Source: Escherichia coli
Lineage (GTDB): Bacteria; Pseudomonadota; Gammaproteobacteria; Enterobacterales; Enterobacteriaceae
Reading direction: 5' to 3' (one strand)
DNA: 64,000 nucleotides
Assembly: GCF_003334335.1 (NCBI RefSeq)
Contig: NZ_QOWQ01000013.1
The stretch's first letter is position 1. The number at the start of each line of letters is the position of its first letter. Positions 11,927-23,030 of this stretch are shown piece after piece. A model generated the notes under the pieces. It made no database searches, was not told the DNA's origin, and was given only the letters and a program-made list of their open reading frames with translations. The translations under genes and the position numbers were made by a program.

Positions 11927-12613
11927 TTATTTGGTGATATTTTTTTCAATATCATGCAGCAAACGGTGCAACATTGCCGTGTCTCGTTGCTCTAAAAGCC
12001 CCAGGCGTTGCTGTAACCAGTCGACCAGTTTTATGTCATCTGCCACTGCCAGAGTCGTCAGCAATGCCATGACTCGTTCGCGTAAAGCTTGCAGCTGATG
12101 TTGGTCTGCCGTTGTGTCACTTTTCGTCGGTTGTTGTATTAATGTTGCTAATTGATAGCAATAGACCATCACTGCCTGCCCCAGATTGAGCGAAGGATAA
12201 TCCGCCACCATCGGCACACCAGTAAGAACGTCAGCCAACGCTAACTCTTCGTTAGTCAGCCCGGAATCTTCGCGACCAAACACCAGCGCGGCATGGCTCA
12301 TCCATGAAGATTTTTCCTCTAACAGCGGCACCAGTTCTACTGGCGTTGCGTAGTAATGATATTTCGCCCGACTGCGCGCAGTGGTGGCGACAGTGAAATC
12401 GACATCGTGTAACGATTCAACCAGTGTCGGGAAAACTTTAATATTATCAATAATATCACCAGATCCATGTGCGACCCAGCGAGTGGCTGGCTCCAGATGT
12501 GCCTGACTATCGACAATCCGCAGTTCGCTAAACCCCATCGTTTTCATTGCCCGCGCCGCTGCCCCAATATTTTCTGCTCTGGCGGGTGCGACCAGAATAA
12601 TCGTTATACGCAT
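11927..12613 (-). CDS. yjtD: SpoU/TrmH-family RNA methyltransferase YjtD (LasT)
   Basis: ORF 11927..12634 trimmed to MRITIILVAPARAENIGAAARAMKTMGF (228 aa). Confidence 0.85.
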   Translation of the reverse strand: MRITIILVAPARAENIGAAARAMKTMGFSELRIVDSQAHLEPATRWVAHGSGDIIDNIKVFPTLVESLHDVDFTVATTARSRAKYHYYATPVELVPLLEEKSSWMSHAALVFGREDSGLTNEELALADVLTGVPMVADYPSLNLGQAVMVYCYQLATLIQQPTKSDTTADQHQLQALRERVMALLTTLAVADDIKLVDWLQQRLGLLEQRDTAMLHRLLHDIEKNITK

Positions 12614-12957
12614 ATTGCCACTCTTCTTGACCAAATGACCGCGAACAGGGTGATCACTGTCAACTTATTACGCGGTGCGAATTTACAAATCCTTAACGTA
12701 AGTCGCAGAAAAAGCCCTTTACTTAGCTTAAAAAAGGCTAAACTATTTCCTGACTGTACTAACGGTTGAATTGTTAAAAAATGCTACATATCCTTCTGTT
12801 TACTTAGGATAATTTTATAAAAAATAAATCTCGACAATTGGATTCACCACGTTTATTAGTTGTATGATGCAACTAGTTGGATTATTAAAATAATGTGACG
12901 AAAGCTAGCATTTAGATACGATGATTTCATCAAACTGTTAACGTGCTACAATTGAAC

Positions 12958-12971
12958 TTGATATATGTCAA
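12958..12971. promoter_or_regulatory. FNR-like half-palindrome in arcA upstream regulatory region
   Basis: TTGATATATGTCAA resembles TTGAT-N4-ATCAA; lies in AT-rich region upstream of arcA. Confidence 0.3.
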
Positions 12972-13012
12972 CGAAGCGTAGTTTTATTGGGTGTCCGGCC
13001 CCTCTTAGCCTG

Positions 13013-13153
13013 TTATGTTGCTGTTAAAATGGTTAGGATGACAGCCGTTTTTGACACTGTCGGGTCCTGAGGGAAAGTACCCACGACCAAGCTAATGATG
13101 TTGTTGACGTTGATGGAAAGTGCATCAAGAACGCAATTACGTACTTTAGTCAT
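13013..13153 (-). CDS. yjjY: small protein YjjY (46 aa)
   Basis: hand-translated minus-strand ORF MTKVRNCVLDALSINVNNIISLVVGTFPQDPTVSKTAVILTILTAT; below ORF-track size cutoff. Confidence 0.6.
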   Translation of the reverse strand: MTKVRNCVLDALSINVNNIISLVVGTFPQDPTVSKTAVILTILTAT

Positions 13154-13248
13154 GTTACGCCGATCATGTTAATTTGCAGCATGCATCAGGCAGGTCAGGG
13201 ACTTTTGTACTTCCTGTTTCGATTTAGTTGGCAATTTAGGTAGCAAAC

Positions 13249-13965
13249 ATGCAGACCCCGCACATTCTTATCGTTGAAGACGAGTTGGTAACACGCAACA
13301 CGTTGAAAAGTATTTTCGAAGCGGAAGGCTATGATGTTTTCGAAGCGACAGATGGCGCGGAAATGCATCAGATCCTCTCTGAATATGACATCAACCTGGT
13401 GATCATGGATATCAATCTGCCGGGTAAGAACGGTCTTCTGTTAGCGCGTGAACTGCGCGAGCAGGCGAATGTTGCGTTGATGTTCCTGACTGGCCGTGAC
13501 AACGAAGTCGATAAAATTCTCGGCCTCGAAATCGGTGCAGATGACTACATCACCAAACCGTTCAACCCGCGTGAACTGACGATTCGTGCACGCAACCTGC
13601 TGTCCCGTACCATGAATCTGGGTACTGTCAGCGAAGAACGTCGTAGCGTTGAAAGCTACAAGTTCAATGGTTGGGAACTGGACATCAACAGCCGTTCGTT
13701 GATCGGCCCTGATGGCGAGCAGTACAAGCTGCCGCGCAGCGAGTTCCGCGCCATGCTTCACTTCTGTGAAAACCCAGGCAAAATTCAGTCTCGTGCTGAA
13801 CTGCTGAAGAAAATGACCGGCCGTGAGCTGAAACCGCACGACCGTACTGTAGACGTGACGATCCGCCGTATTCGTAAACATTTCGAATCTACGCCGGATA
13901 CGCCGGAAATCATCGCCACCATTCACGGTGAAGGTTATCGCTTCTGCGGTGATCTGGAAGATTAA
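13249..13965 (+). CDS. arcA: aerobic respiration control response regulator ArcA
   Basis: 238-aa [33 protein letters not shown]...; OmpR-family receiver plus winged helix. Confidence 0.97.
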
Positions 13966-13982
13966 TCGGCGTTACCACCGTC

Positions 13983-14017
13983 AAAAAAAATGGCGCTTTT
14001 TAGCGCCGTTTTTTTTT
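13983..14017. terminator. bidirectional terminator between arcA and creD
   Basis: A8-ggcgc-ttttta-gcgcc-T9 hairpin flanked by A and T runs. Confidence 0.6.
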
Positions 14018-14022
14018 CAACC

Positions 14023-15375
14023 TTATTTCCAGATACGTAATTCATCGTCCGTTGTAACTTCTTTATTGGCTTTCATTTTCGGCAGTGAAAACGCATACCA
14101 GTCGATATTACGGGTCACAAACATCATTCCGGCCAGCGCCACCACCAGCACACTGGTTCCCAACAACAGCGCGCTATCGGCAGAGTTGAGTAGTCCCCAC
14201 ATCACACCATCCAGCAACAACAGCGCGAGGGTAAACAACATGCTGTTGCGCCAGCCTTTCAATACCGCCTGCAAATAAATACCGTTCATTAACGCCCCAA
14301 TCAGACTGGCGATTATCCATGCCCCGGTAAAACCGGTATGTTCAGAAAGCGCCAGCAAGAGCAAATAAAACATCACTAATGAAAGCCCCACCAGTAAATA
14401 TTGCATTGGGTGTAAACGTTGCGCGGTGAGCGTTTCAAAAACAAAGAACGCCATAAAAGTCAGCGCAATCAGCAGAATAGCGTACTTAGTCGCCCGGTCA
14501 GTTAATTGGTATTGATCGGCTGGCGTCGTCACTGCGACGCTAAACGCGGGGAAGTTTTCCCAGCCGGTATCATTGCCTGAAGCAAAACGCTCACCGAGAT
14601 TATTAGCAAACCAGCTGCTTTGCCATTGCGCCTGAAAACCTGACTCGCTAACTTCCCGTTTGGCTGGCAAAAAATCACCTAAAAAACTGGGATGCGGCCA
14701 GTTGCTGGTTAAGGTCATTTCGCTATTACGCCCGGCAGGCACCACAGAAAGATCGCCGGTACCGCTTAAATTCAGGGCCATATTCAGCTTCAGGTTCTGC
14801 TTCCGCCAGTCCCCTTCGGGTAAAGGGATATGCACGCCCTGCCCGCCTTGCTCTAACCCGGTGCCGGGTTCAATGGTCAGCGCCGTTCCGTTAACTTCAG
14901 GCGCTTTCACCACACCAATACCACGCGCATCCCCGACGCTAATCACAATAAATGGCTTGCCTAAGGTGATATTTGGCGCGTCGAGTTCGCTAAGACGCGA
15001 AACATCGAAATCGGCTTTTAGCGTTAAATCACTGTGCCAGACCTGACCGGTATAAATCCCTATCTTGCGTTCTTCCACGTTCTGATTACCATCAACCATC
15101 AATGACTCAGGTAACCAAAAATGGATAAAACTTCGTTTCCGCTCCACGGTTTTATCGTCTTCCTGCACCGTATAAAGCTCGGTCACAGGAATAGCGATGA
15201 GCGGCCCAACGAGTTTTTGCGGCCCGCTGGTACTTTGCCGAATCGCATCTTCCACATCGCTACGGTAATCGGCACGTTCGACAATCACCTGCCGAATCAG
15301 CATTATCGGAATCAACAACAGCAATACTGCACCAAACAGGGTGGTCATTTTCCAGAACAGGGGGGATTTCAACAT
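14023..15375 (-). CDS. creD: inner membrane protein CreD
   Basis: 450-aa ORF; cre operon synteny. Confidence 0.9.
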   Translation of the reverse strand: MLKSPLFWKMTTLFGAVLLLLIPIMLIRQVIVERADYRSDVEDAIRQSTSGPQKLVGPLIAIPVTELYTVQEDDKTVERKRSFIHFWLPESLMVDGNQNVEERKIGIYTGQVWHSDLTLKADFDVSRLSELDAPNITLGKPFIVISVGDARGIGVVKAPEVNGTALTIEPGTGLEQGGQGVHIPLPEGDWRKQNLKLNMALNLSGTGDLSVVPAGRNSEMTLTSNWPHPSFLGDFLPAKREVSESGFQAQWQSSWFANNLGERFASGNDTGWENFPAFSVAVTTPADQYQLTDRATKYAILLIALTFMAFFVFETLTAQRLHPMQYLLVGLSLVMFYLLLLALSEHTGFTGAWIIASLIGALMNGIYLQAVLKGWRNSMLFTLALLLLDGVMWGLLNSADSALLLGTSVLVVALAGMMFVTRNIDWYAFSLPKMKANKEVTTDDELRIWK

Positions 15376-15432
15376 AGTCTTCTCCTTTGCAATGGCAGCA
15401 GGATACGAAGGCTATGTGGGAAGAATTTGAAG

Positions 15433-16857
15433 CTATGTGAAGTGACGGTGAAGTCGTAGCGAGGCCAGCACGCCACCTTCCTGCACGTTGCGCAGCGTGA
15501 CTTCGCCGTTAAACAAACGGGCGACCTCACTGACGAATGCCAACCCCAGACCGCTGCTTTTTTGCCCATTTGCACGCGGCAAAGAGTAAAAGCGTTCAAA
15601 AATACGTGACAGCGCGTAGTCAGGAATACCACTACCGGTATCCAGCACCTTAAGCGTGACGTGTTCCTGATCCACTTCGGCGCTTAGCGTTATGCAACCG
15701 CTCTCGGGGGTAAAATCGATGGCGTTATCCAGTAAATTCCCCAGCGCCTGCTCCAGTAACGCCGGTTCAGCAGCAACATTAACCTCAGTGGGCATAACAT
15801 GTAGAGTGATGTTTTTTTCTGCCAACTGCACGGTGCGCGCTTCGCTGACGCGGCGAAATAATGCCGCCACATCAACAGCAGTCAGAACGACTTCCTGACG
15901 ATTCTCCAGTCTTGCCTGGCGTAGTAACGTTTCTACCAATGCCTGCATACGCGCATTTTGCGTCAGAATGTTGTCGGTAAAACGAGCCACCACTTCCGGT
16001 GGCGGACCTTCGCGTAAAATTTCCGCCGCGCCACGAATCGCCGCCAGTGGGCTTTTTAGCTCATGGGTTAACGCATAAACATACTGCTCAATATAGTTTT
16101 TCCCTTCCAGCTTCACGCGCATACTTTCCAGCGCCTGCGCAAGCTTACGCAACTCGCTACTGCCGAGTTCAGGAAGAGGAACGGGCTTATTGTCAGTGAC
16201 GGAATCGGCATAGCGAGTGAGCCGGGCAATGGAGCGGTTGATCCACCAAACCATGCCTGCGCCAATCACCAGTGCAATCCCCAGCAAAATGGCGCTGGCC
16301 CATAAAATTCGCCGCTCGCTACGCTTAATGACCGGAGCCATCGCCGCGTTCGGTTTGCCTACGCTCAAAACGCCAATAAGCCGCGAGCCGTCCATAATCG
16401 GCGCGGCAACATACATCACCGAACTTTCGGGATCGGCAGGATTTTGCAACGTGCTGCGCGCACCATACTGACCACGCAACGTTAGCCAGACGTCATTCCA
16501 GCGCGAATAATCCTGTCCAACGGCTTTATTTGCCGAATCGAACAATACTTTGCCCTGCGCATCGGTCATATAGACATGATATTCATTGCGCACTTTGTTA
16601 ATGCCACCAATATTGGCGCGAAACGGGCGATGTTGTAGCTGATTAAACGCCTGCGCCAGTTGCCCATGCGTTGGGTCCCCAGAGAGCAAATCGGGACGCG
16701 CCAGCTCCGCCAGCAACGTTGCGGTGTCGATCAACGTCCCCTCCGTTGCTCTTCGCACGCCCGGTTTAACTTCTTTGACAAAAATAGCCAGTACGAACCA
16801 GGCCGCCACCGCCACCAGTAAAAAATAGCCCAGCAGCAACCGCATGCCGATACGCAT
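15433..16857 (-). CDS. creC: sensor histidine kinase CreC
   Basis: 474-aa ORF with transmembrane N-terminus and HisKA/HATPase features. Confidence 0.95.
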   Translation of the reverse strand: MRIGMRLLLGYFLLVAVAAWFVLAIFVKEVKPGVRRATEGTLIDTATLLAELARPDLLSGDPTHGQLAQAFNQLQHRPFRANIGGINKVRNEYHVYMTDAQGKVLFDSANKAVGQDYSRWNDVWLTLRGQYGARSTLQNPADPESSVMYVAAPIMDGSRLIGVLSVGKPNAAMAPVIKRSERRILWASAILLGIALVIGAGMVWWINRSIARLTRYADSVTDNKPVPLPELGSSELRKLAQALESMRVKLEGKNYIEQYVYALTHELKSPLAAIRGAAEILREGPPPEVVARFTDNILTQNARMQALVETLLRQARLENRQEVVLTAVDVAALFRRVSEARTVQLAEKNITLHVMPTEVNVAAEPALLEQALGNLLDNAIDFTPESGCITLSAEVDQEHVTLKVLDTGSGIPDYALSRIFERFYSLPRANGQKSSGLGLAFVSEVARLFNGEVTLRNVQEGGVLASLRLHRHFT

Positions 16858-17546
16858 TACAGGCCCCTCAGGCTATATCCCATGCCGCGATGAGTATTAA
16901 TCGGTGAAAGATCGGGGTTGATGGCGCGCAGCTTGGCACGCAACGTTTTAATGTGGGTATCAACGGTGCGATCGTAGGTGTCCTGCGCATCTTCCCACAC
17001 GCTATCCATTAGTTGCTGGCGGGACCAGACGCGGCCTGGCGACTTGAGTAACGTCTTCAGCAATAAAAACTCATACCGCGTCAGCGTTAATGGCGTGTCA
17101 AACCAGCTGATCTGCGCCGCGGGTTCATTCAATTCAAAATGACCAATACGGATGACGGGAGACGGCGACGAGAACTTCTTCACCCGACGCAGTAAGGTGC
17201 GCACCCTGGCGCACACTTCGCGGGGTGAAAACGGTTTAGCCACATAGTCGTCAGCGCCAATTTCCAGCCCAAGCAGGCGATCGACCTCTTCACTTCGGGC
17301 CGTCAGGAACAGTACAGGTAACGCCGGATGGAGCGCCAGTAACTGGCGGCATAATTCAAAGCCGCTGATATCAGGCAAACCAACATCGAGAATCATGACG
17401 TCGGGAGCCTGCTGGCGAGCTTTATCCAGCACCGGCAAGCCTCGCTCAAAGACCTCGACGGCAAAACCTTCCTGCTGCAACATGTAGACCAGCGTGTCGG
17501 CTATCCCTTGCTCATCTTCCACTAACCAGACCGTTTCCCGTTGCAT
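16857..17546 (-). CDS. creB: response regulator CreB
   Basis: 229-aa OmpR-family ORF MQRETVWLVEDEQGIADTL... Confidence 0.95.
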   Translation of the reverse strand: MQRETVWLVEDEQGIADTLVYMLQQEGFAVEVFERGLPVLDKARQQAPDVMILDVGLPDISGFELCRQLLALHPALPVLFLTARSEEVDRLLGLEIGADDYVAKPFSPREVCARVRTLLRRVKKFSSPSPVIRIGHFELNEPAAQISWFDTPLTLTRYEFLLLKTLLKSPGRVWSRQQLMDSVWEDAQDTYDRTVDTHIKTLRAKLRAINPDLSPINTHRGMGYSLRGL

Positions 17547-17558
17547 AAATCGCCTCTG

Positions 17559-18032
17559 TTATTGCCGCCACGGCATGACAGGAACCGCGCTAATCGCGTT
17601 TTTCGGCGAACCTTCTACAACTTTGTCGGAGTAAGCCAGATAAGCGAGCGCGTTGCGTTTGGCGTCATAAAAGCGCACGACCTGTAACGACTTAAAGACC
17701 AGGGACGTGCGTTTTTTGAATACTACCTCGCCCTGAGCTTTGCCGTTTTTAATACGATCCGACAGTTCAATCGGCCCGACTTGCTGACAAGAAATAGCCG
17801 CATCGGAGGTATCTTCCGCCAGACCCAATCCCCCTTTAATACCACCTGTTTTCGCCCGGCTCACATAACAGGTGACATTTTTCACATCGGGATCGTCAAA
17901 GGCTTCCACAACAATTTTGTGATCCGGGCCGATCATTTTAAATACGGTGTCGACCGAACCAATCTCTTCTGCATGAGCCAATGGCCCCAGCATTATCAGG
18001 CTTAAAGACAGGATCAAATGCTTGTATTTCAT
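17559..18032 (-). CDS. creA: CreA family periplasmic protein
   Basis: 157-aa ORF with signal peptide; synteny. Confidence 0.9.
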
Positions 18033-18242
18033 ATTGTTACCATTTTTATCTATTACACGAGCAATTAGTTCGTCACGGTAAATAACATATTGATTAAGAA
18101 CAAAATCTCAATACTTTTATTTCCGTCAAGACCTAAAACATACTCTACTAAGAAAAAAACACTGAATGCTAAAACAGCAAAAAATGCTATTATCCAATTA
18201 CCTGATGTCAGGTGCTCGTTGTTGAAAGGATGAGGATATTTT

Positions 18243-19112
18243 ATGGATCAGGCCGGCATTATTCGCGACCTTTTAATCTGGCTGGAAGGTCATCTGGATC
18301 AGCCCCTGTCGCTCGACAATGTAGCGGCGAAAGCAGGTTATTCCAAGTGGCACTTACAGAGAATGTTTAAAGATGTCACTGGCCATGCTATTGGCGCGTA
18401 TATTCGTGCTCGTCGTTTGTCGAAATCGGCGGTCGCACTACGCCTGACTGCGCGTCCGATTCTGGACATCGCGCTGCAATACCGCTTCGACTCTCAACAG
18501 ACATTTACCCGCGCATTCAAGAAGCAGTTTGCCCAGACTCCTGCACTTTACCGCCGTTCTCCTGAATGGAGCGCCTTTGGTATTCGCCCGCCGCTGCGTC
18601 TGGGTGAATTCACTATGCCAGAGCATAAATTTGTCACCCTGGAAGATACGCCGCTGATTGGTGTTACCCAGAGCTACTCCTGTTCGCTGGAGCAAATCTC
18701 TGATTTCCGCCATGAAATGCGTTATCAGTTCTGGCACGATTTTCTCGGCAACGCGCCGACCATTCCGCCAGTGCTCTACGGCCTGAATGAAACGCGTCCG
18801 AGTCAGGATAAAGACGACGAACAAGAAGTATTCTATACCACCGCGTTAGCCCAGGATCAGGCAGATGGCTATGTACTGACGGGGCATCCGGTGATGCTGC
18901 AGGGCGGCGAATATGTGATGTTTACCTATGAAGGTCTGGGAACCGGCGTGCAGGAGTTTATCCTGACGGTATACGGAACGTGCATGCCAATGCTCAATCT
19001 GACGCGCCGTAAAGGTCAGGATATTGAGCGATACTACCCGGCAGAAGATGCCAAAGCGGGAGATCGCCCAATTAATCTGCGCTGTGAACTGCTGATTCCG
19101 ATCCGTCGTTAA
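18243..19112 (+). CDS. rob: AraC/XylS-family transcriptional regulator Rob
   Basis: 289-aa ORF MDQAGIIRDLLIWLEGHLDQPLSLDNVAAKAGYSKWHLQRMFKDVTGH. Confidence 0.95.
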   Translation: MDQAGIIRDLLIWLEGHLDQPLSLDNVAAKAGYSKWHLQRMFKDVTGHAIGAYIRARRLSKSAVALRLTARPILDIALQYRFDSQQTFTRAFKKQFAQTPALYRRSPEWSAFGIRPPLRLGEFTMPEHKFVTLEDTPLIGVTQSYSCSLEQISDFRHEMRYQFWHDFLGNAPTIPPVLYGLNETRPSQDKDDEQEVFYTTALAQDQADGYVLTGHPVMLQGGEYVMFTYEGLGTGVQEFILTVYGTCMPMLNLTRRKGQDIERYYPAEDAKAGDRPINLRCELLIPIRR

Positions 19113-19756
19113 CGCTGCAACTCATCTAATGCAGGGGCGTCCAGATGCGAGATGTCCCCTGCGGTTTCAACAACCCAGCCAGACGCCAGCCACAGGCTTT
19201 CCTGATAATCCACGCGCGAAATAGAACAGTTACGCAGACGTAAGCGGCGCTCTGCCCATGCTGGTAATCCGAGAATCGTACTCACCAGACATCCCAGTGC
19301 AATACCATGGCTCACCAGCAGCGGTCGGCTTCCCTGCGGTAAGTCCCGGCAAGATTCCAGTGCCGCATTGACGCGATCGCTGAGCTCCTGCATTGACTCG
19401 CCTTCAGGAATACGCCCGTCAACGGTGCCATTGACCAGCTGCCGACGCCAGTTCTCTTCTTCTTCGGTCAGAGAATCGATATGTCTTTTTTCCAGCACAC
19501 CCATGTCTAATTCACGCAGGCGAGAATCAAAGATGATGTCACAGCCGCAGGCCTGGGCGATGATTTCCGCCGTACGCCGGGTGCGTCCTAAATCGCTACT
19601 GATAATATGCGTAATGCCAAGCTCTTTGGCACGGGTTGCCACCTGCATCGCCTGTTGCTCACCTTTGGCGGTCAGCGGGCTGTCAGACTGGCCCTGAATA
19701 CGTCGCTCGGCGTTCCACTGCGTTTCACCGTGGCGGACTAGGTATACCTGTAACAT
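19109..19756 (-). CDS. gpmB: phosphoglycerate mutase family protein GpmB
   Basis: 215-aa ORF MLQVYLVRHGETQWNAERRIQGQSDSPL (RHG histidine phosphatase motif). Confidence 0.95.
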   Translation of the reverse strand: MLQVYLVRHGETQWNAERRIQGQSDSPLTAKGEQQAMQVATRAKELGITHIISSDLGRTRRTAEIIAQACGCDIIFDSRLRELDMGVLEKRHIDSLTEEEENWRRQLVNGTVDGRIPEGESMQELSDRVNAALESCRDLPQGSRPLLVSHGIALGCLVSTILGLPAWAERRLRLRNCSISRVDYQESLWLASGWVVETAGDISHLDAPALDELQR

Positions 19757-19795
19757 GCTTTTTTTCCGTATACTGCTGTAACGTTAATTTTCTGA

Positions 19796-20320
<525 letters not shown>

Positions 20321-20324
20321 GCGC

Positions 20325-20465
20325 CTGATGCGACGCTGCCGCGTCTTATCATGCCTACCAAACATATTGAAATTACGGGTATTTGTAGGACGGATAAGGC
20401 GTTCACGCCGCATCCGGCATTCGGTGCACGATGCCTGATGCGCCACGTCTTATCAGGCCAACAAA
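20325..20465. repeat. REP/BIME palindromic repeats
   Basis: gcctgatgcgacgc...cgtcttatcatgcctac and ggataaggcgttcacgccgcatccggca REP motifs. Confidence 0.6.
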
Positions 20466-20466
20466 A

Positions 20467-20808
<342 letters not shown>

Positions 20809-20840
20809 TTAGCGGGGGAAGCAAAATGCCTCCCCCGGTT

Positions 20841-20858
20841 GTACTCGCTAAAGAGTAC
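20841..20858. promoter_or_regulatory. TrpR operator in trpR promoter (autoregulation)
   Basis: palindrome GTACTCGCTAAAGAGTAC about 50 bp upstream of trpR start. Confidence 0.6.
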
Positions 20859-20882
20859 GATAGCATATCATAAACGGGCGGA

Positions 20883-22820
20883 TCAGTAACGACGTCCCCA
20901 TTCCGTGGCGCTCATCAACGTCGGTTTATCCCCCATGAAATAGCGGTAGTAAGCGTCATAAGCCAGCACGTTCTTTACATAACCACGCGTCTCGGAGAAC
21001 GGAATACTCTCGACAAATGCCACTGCGTCGATACGCCCGGCGCTGTTGCCAAGCCAGGTTCGCACCCGCCCTGGTCCGGCGTTATAAGCTGCTGAGGAGA
21101 AAATACGGTTATTGCCAAACTGCTGATAAACATATTGCAGATAACTGGTGCCAATGTTGATATTCGTTTCCGGATCCAGCAATTGCCCAGGGCTGCTATA
21201 ACCAGGAATAGAGAACATCTTCACCGTATGGGTCGCTGTACCAGGCATAATCTGCATCAGGCCGCTGGCCCCTACCGGTGATTTCACTTTCGGATTCCAG
21301 GCGCTCTCCTGACGGGCAATCGCCATCGCATAGCTTTGCGGGATCTCTTTCCCACTGGTGTAACGTTTGAAAAGATCGTTGTAAGCCAGCGGGAATCGCT
21401 CTTCCAGATGATCCCAAAGCTTCCCGGCGATCGTTGCCTGAACGCTAAGATCCCACCATTGGTTATTGAAAGCATACCGAGCCAGTTGAGCCTGCTCTGT
21501 TTTTGACTTGCTCTTCACCAGATTGGCCCACTCGCTACGCGCGGTGTTATCGAGATTCCAGTACATCAACTCGCGCACGCGCGCCATCTCCGGCCCCTGA
21601 GTCAGGGCGCTGTCAACATTCTGCGGCGCTTTATCAATCTTCAGCTCATACTCTTCTCCGATGCGTTGTGCTGCAACCATCGGGTAGAAACCACGCTGTT
21701 GCATGAGTTGATGCAAAATCTCTTTCGCTTCAGCTTCACGTCCGCGTTCCAGCAATAAATCCGCCTGCCAGTAACGCCATTCATCTTTCTCTTTTGCTTC
21801 CATCGGCAGACGCGCCAGCCAGGTATTCAGGCCGCGACGATCGCCGGTGCCAAGTGCCATTCGCACACGGCGTTCAATCAACGACGTGGATTGCGAGCGC
21901 ATAATGGCGTCATCGCGCCATTTCGCCTGCTCGTCGGTGACATCGTTGCCCATCAAACGCCAGGCGACGATATCGCGCAGCTCCTGAATCTGATCTTCAT
22001 TAAGCTGCTGCGCCTGGGCAAGCGACGGGATCATCAGCCGTGCATTTTCAGCATCCTGCCGCGCCACACTGGCAAACGCCACCGCTGCCATTTGACGGGT
22101 AAAATCGGTCGCTCCGGTTGTACGCGCGAAGGTCAGTACCGTATTAGGGTTGTTCGCCAGTGAAATGATTGCCGAGGCGATAGTCTGGTAATCGGCAGGC
22201 ATCTGCCCTGCCAGCACTGTTACCAGGCCAGTGTTACCCGCTTTCATCGCCAGACGGATACGCTCTAAATACGCCAGCGGATCTTGTTTACCTGACGCAC
22301 GCCAGACGCTAAATAACTTGTCACAGGCGTTAGGCTGGCTCTTGCCGGTTAGCCACAGCTCTTTCGCCCCTTGCCAGGCTTCTTCACTCTGCCCGGTGTT
22401 CCATTTCGCATAGTAGTAATTACATTGCGCTTCGGTAGTTCCGGGCTTTTCCGGGCTAAAGGCTAACAAGCCACGCCAGTCTTCACGCCGCGCCAGTTCA
22501 TTGACGAAACGAGATTGCAGCGTGCGAGCGGGAGGAAGCGTGGGGTTAGCGCGAACAAAGTTAGTGACCGTCACCGCCGGTTGATTCATCAGATCATCGG
22601 TGATCTGGCGGTATTCCAGGTAGGGATAAAGCGGATAATCCTTCAGTCCAGGCATCATTTGTTCGACCACATCCATTTGTCGATTATCCCAGGCCTGCTT
22701 GATTTGCGCGTAACGGCTACGCTGCTCATCCAGTGAGTCGGCTCGCGCCACGCTGCTGACCATCAGCAGACAGACACCGGCAGCCAACAGCCGCCAGGTA
22801 ACTTGTTTGGCTTTTTCCAC
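20883..22820 (-). CDS. slt: soluble lytic murein transglycosylase Slt70
   Basis: ORF 20883..22850; K-12-like N-terminus (M)EKAKQVTWRLLAAGVCLL corresponds to a GTG codon here; upstream in-frame ATG at 22850 is an alternative start. Confidence 0.9.
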   Translation of the reverse strand: MEKAKQVTWRLLAAGVCLLMVSSVARADSLDEQRSRYAQIKQAWDNRQMDVVEQMMPGLKDYPLYPYLEYRQITDDLMNQPAVTVTNFVRANPTLPPARTLQSRFVNELARREDWRGLLAFSPEKPGTTEAQCNYYYAKWNTGQSEEAWQGAKELWLTGKSQPNACDKLFSVWRASGKQDPLAYLERIRLAMKAGNTGLVTVLAGQMPADYQTIASAIISLANNPNTVLTFARTTGATDFTRQMAAVAFASVARQDAENARLMIPSLAQAQQLNEDQIQELRDIVAWRLMGNDVTDEQAKWRDDAIMRSQSTSLIERRVRMALGTGDRRGLNTWLARLPMEAKEKDEWRYWQADLLLERGREAEAKEILHQLMQQRGFYPMVAAQRIGEEYELKIDKAPQNVDSALTQGPEMARVRELMYWNLDNTARSEWANLVKSKSKTEQAQLARYAFNNQWWDLSVQATIAGKLWDHLEERFPLAYNDLFKRYTSGKEIPQSYAMAIARQESAWNPKVKSPVGASGLMQIMPGTATHTVKMFSIPGYSSPGQLLDPETNINIGTSYLQYVYQQFGNNRIFSSAAYNAGPGRVRTWLGNSAGRIDAVAFVESIPFSETRGYVKNVLAYDAYYRYFMGDKPTLMSATEWGRRY

Positions 22821-23030
22821 AAGCGCATCCTCTAAGTGTAAATACATCAATGCAGCGTCATGCCGCGTAATAGATTTATGCTAACCAGTCATTGCCGTTT
22901 ACGCCACGTTACGGACACTTTTTTACTTTTACTGCGAAGGTGATCGACCAACTGGGATTAGGCGGGGAAAAAGGCTACACTTCGCCTTTGAAAACTCATC
23001 ATCACGATAAACATAGAGGCGAAGTCCAAC

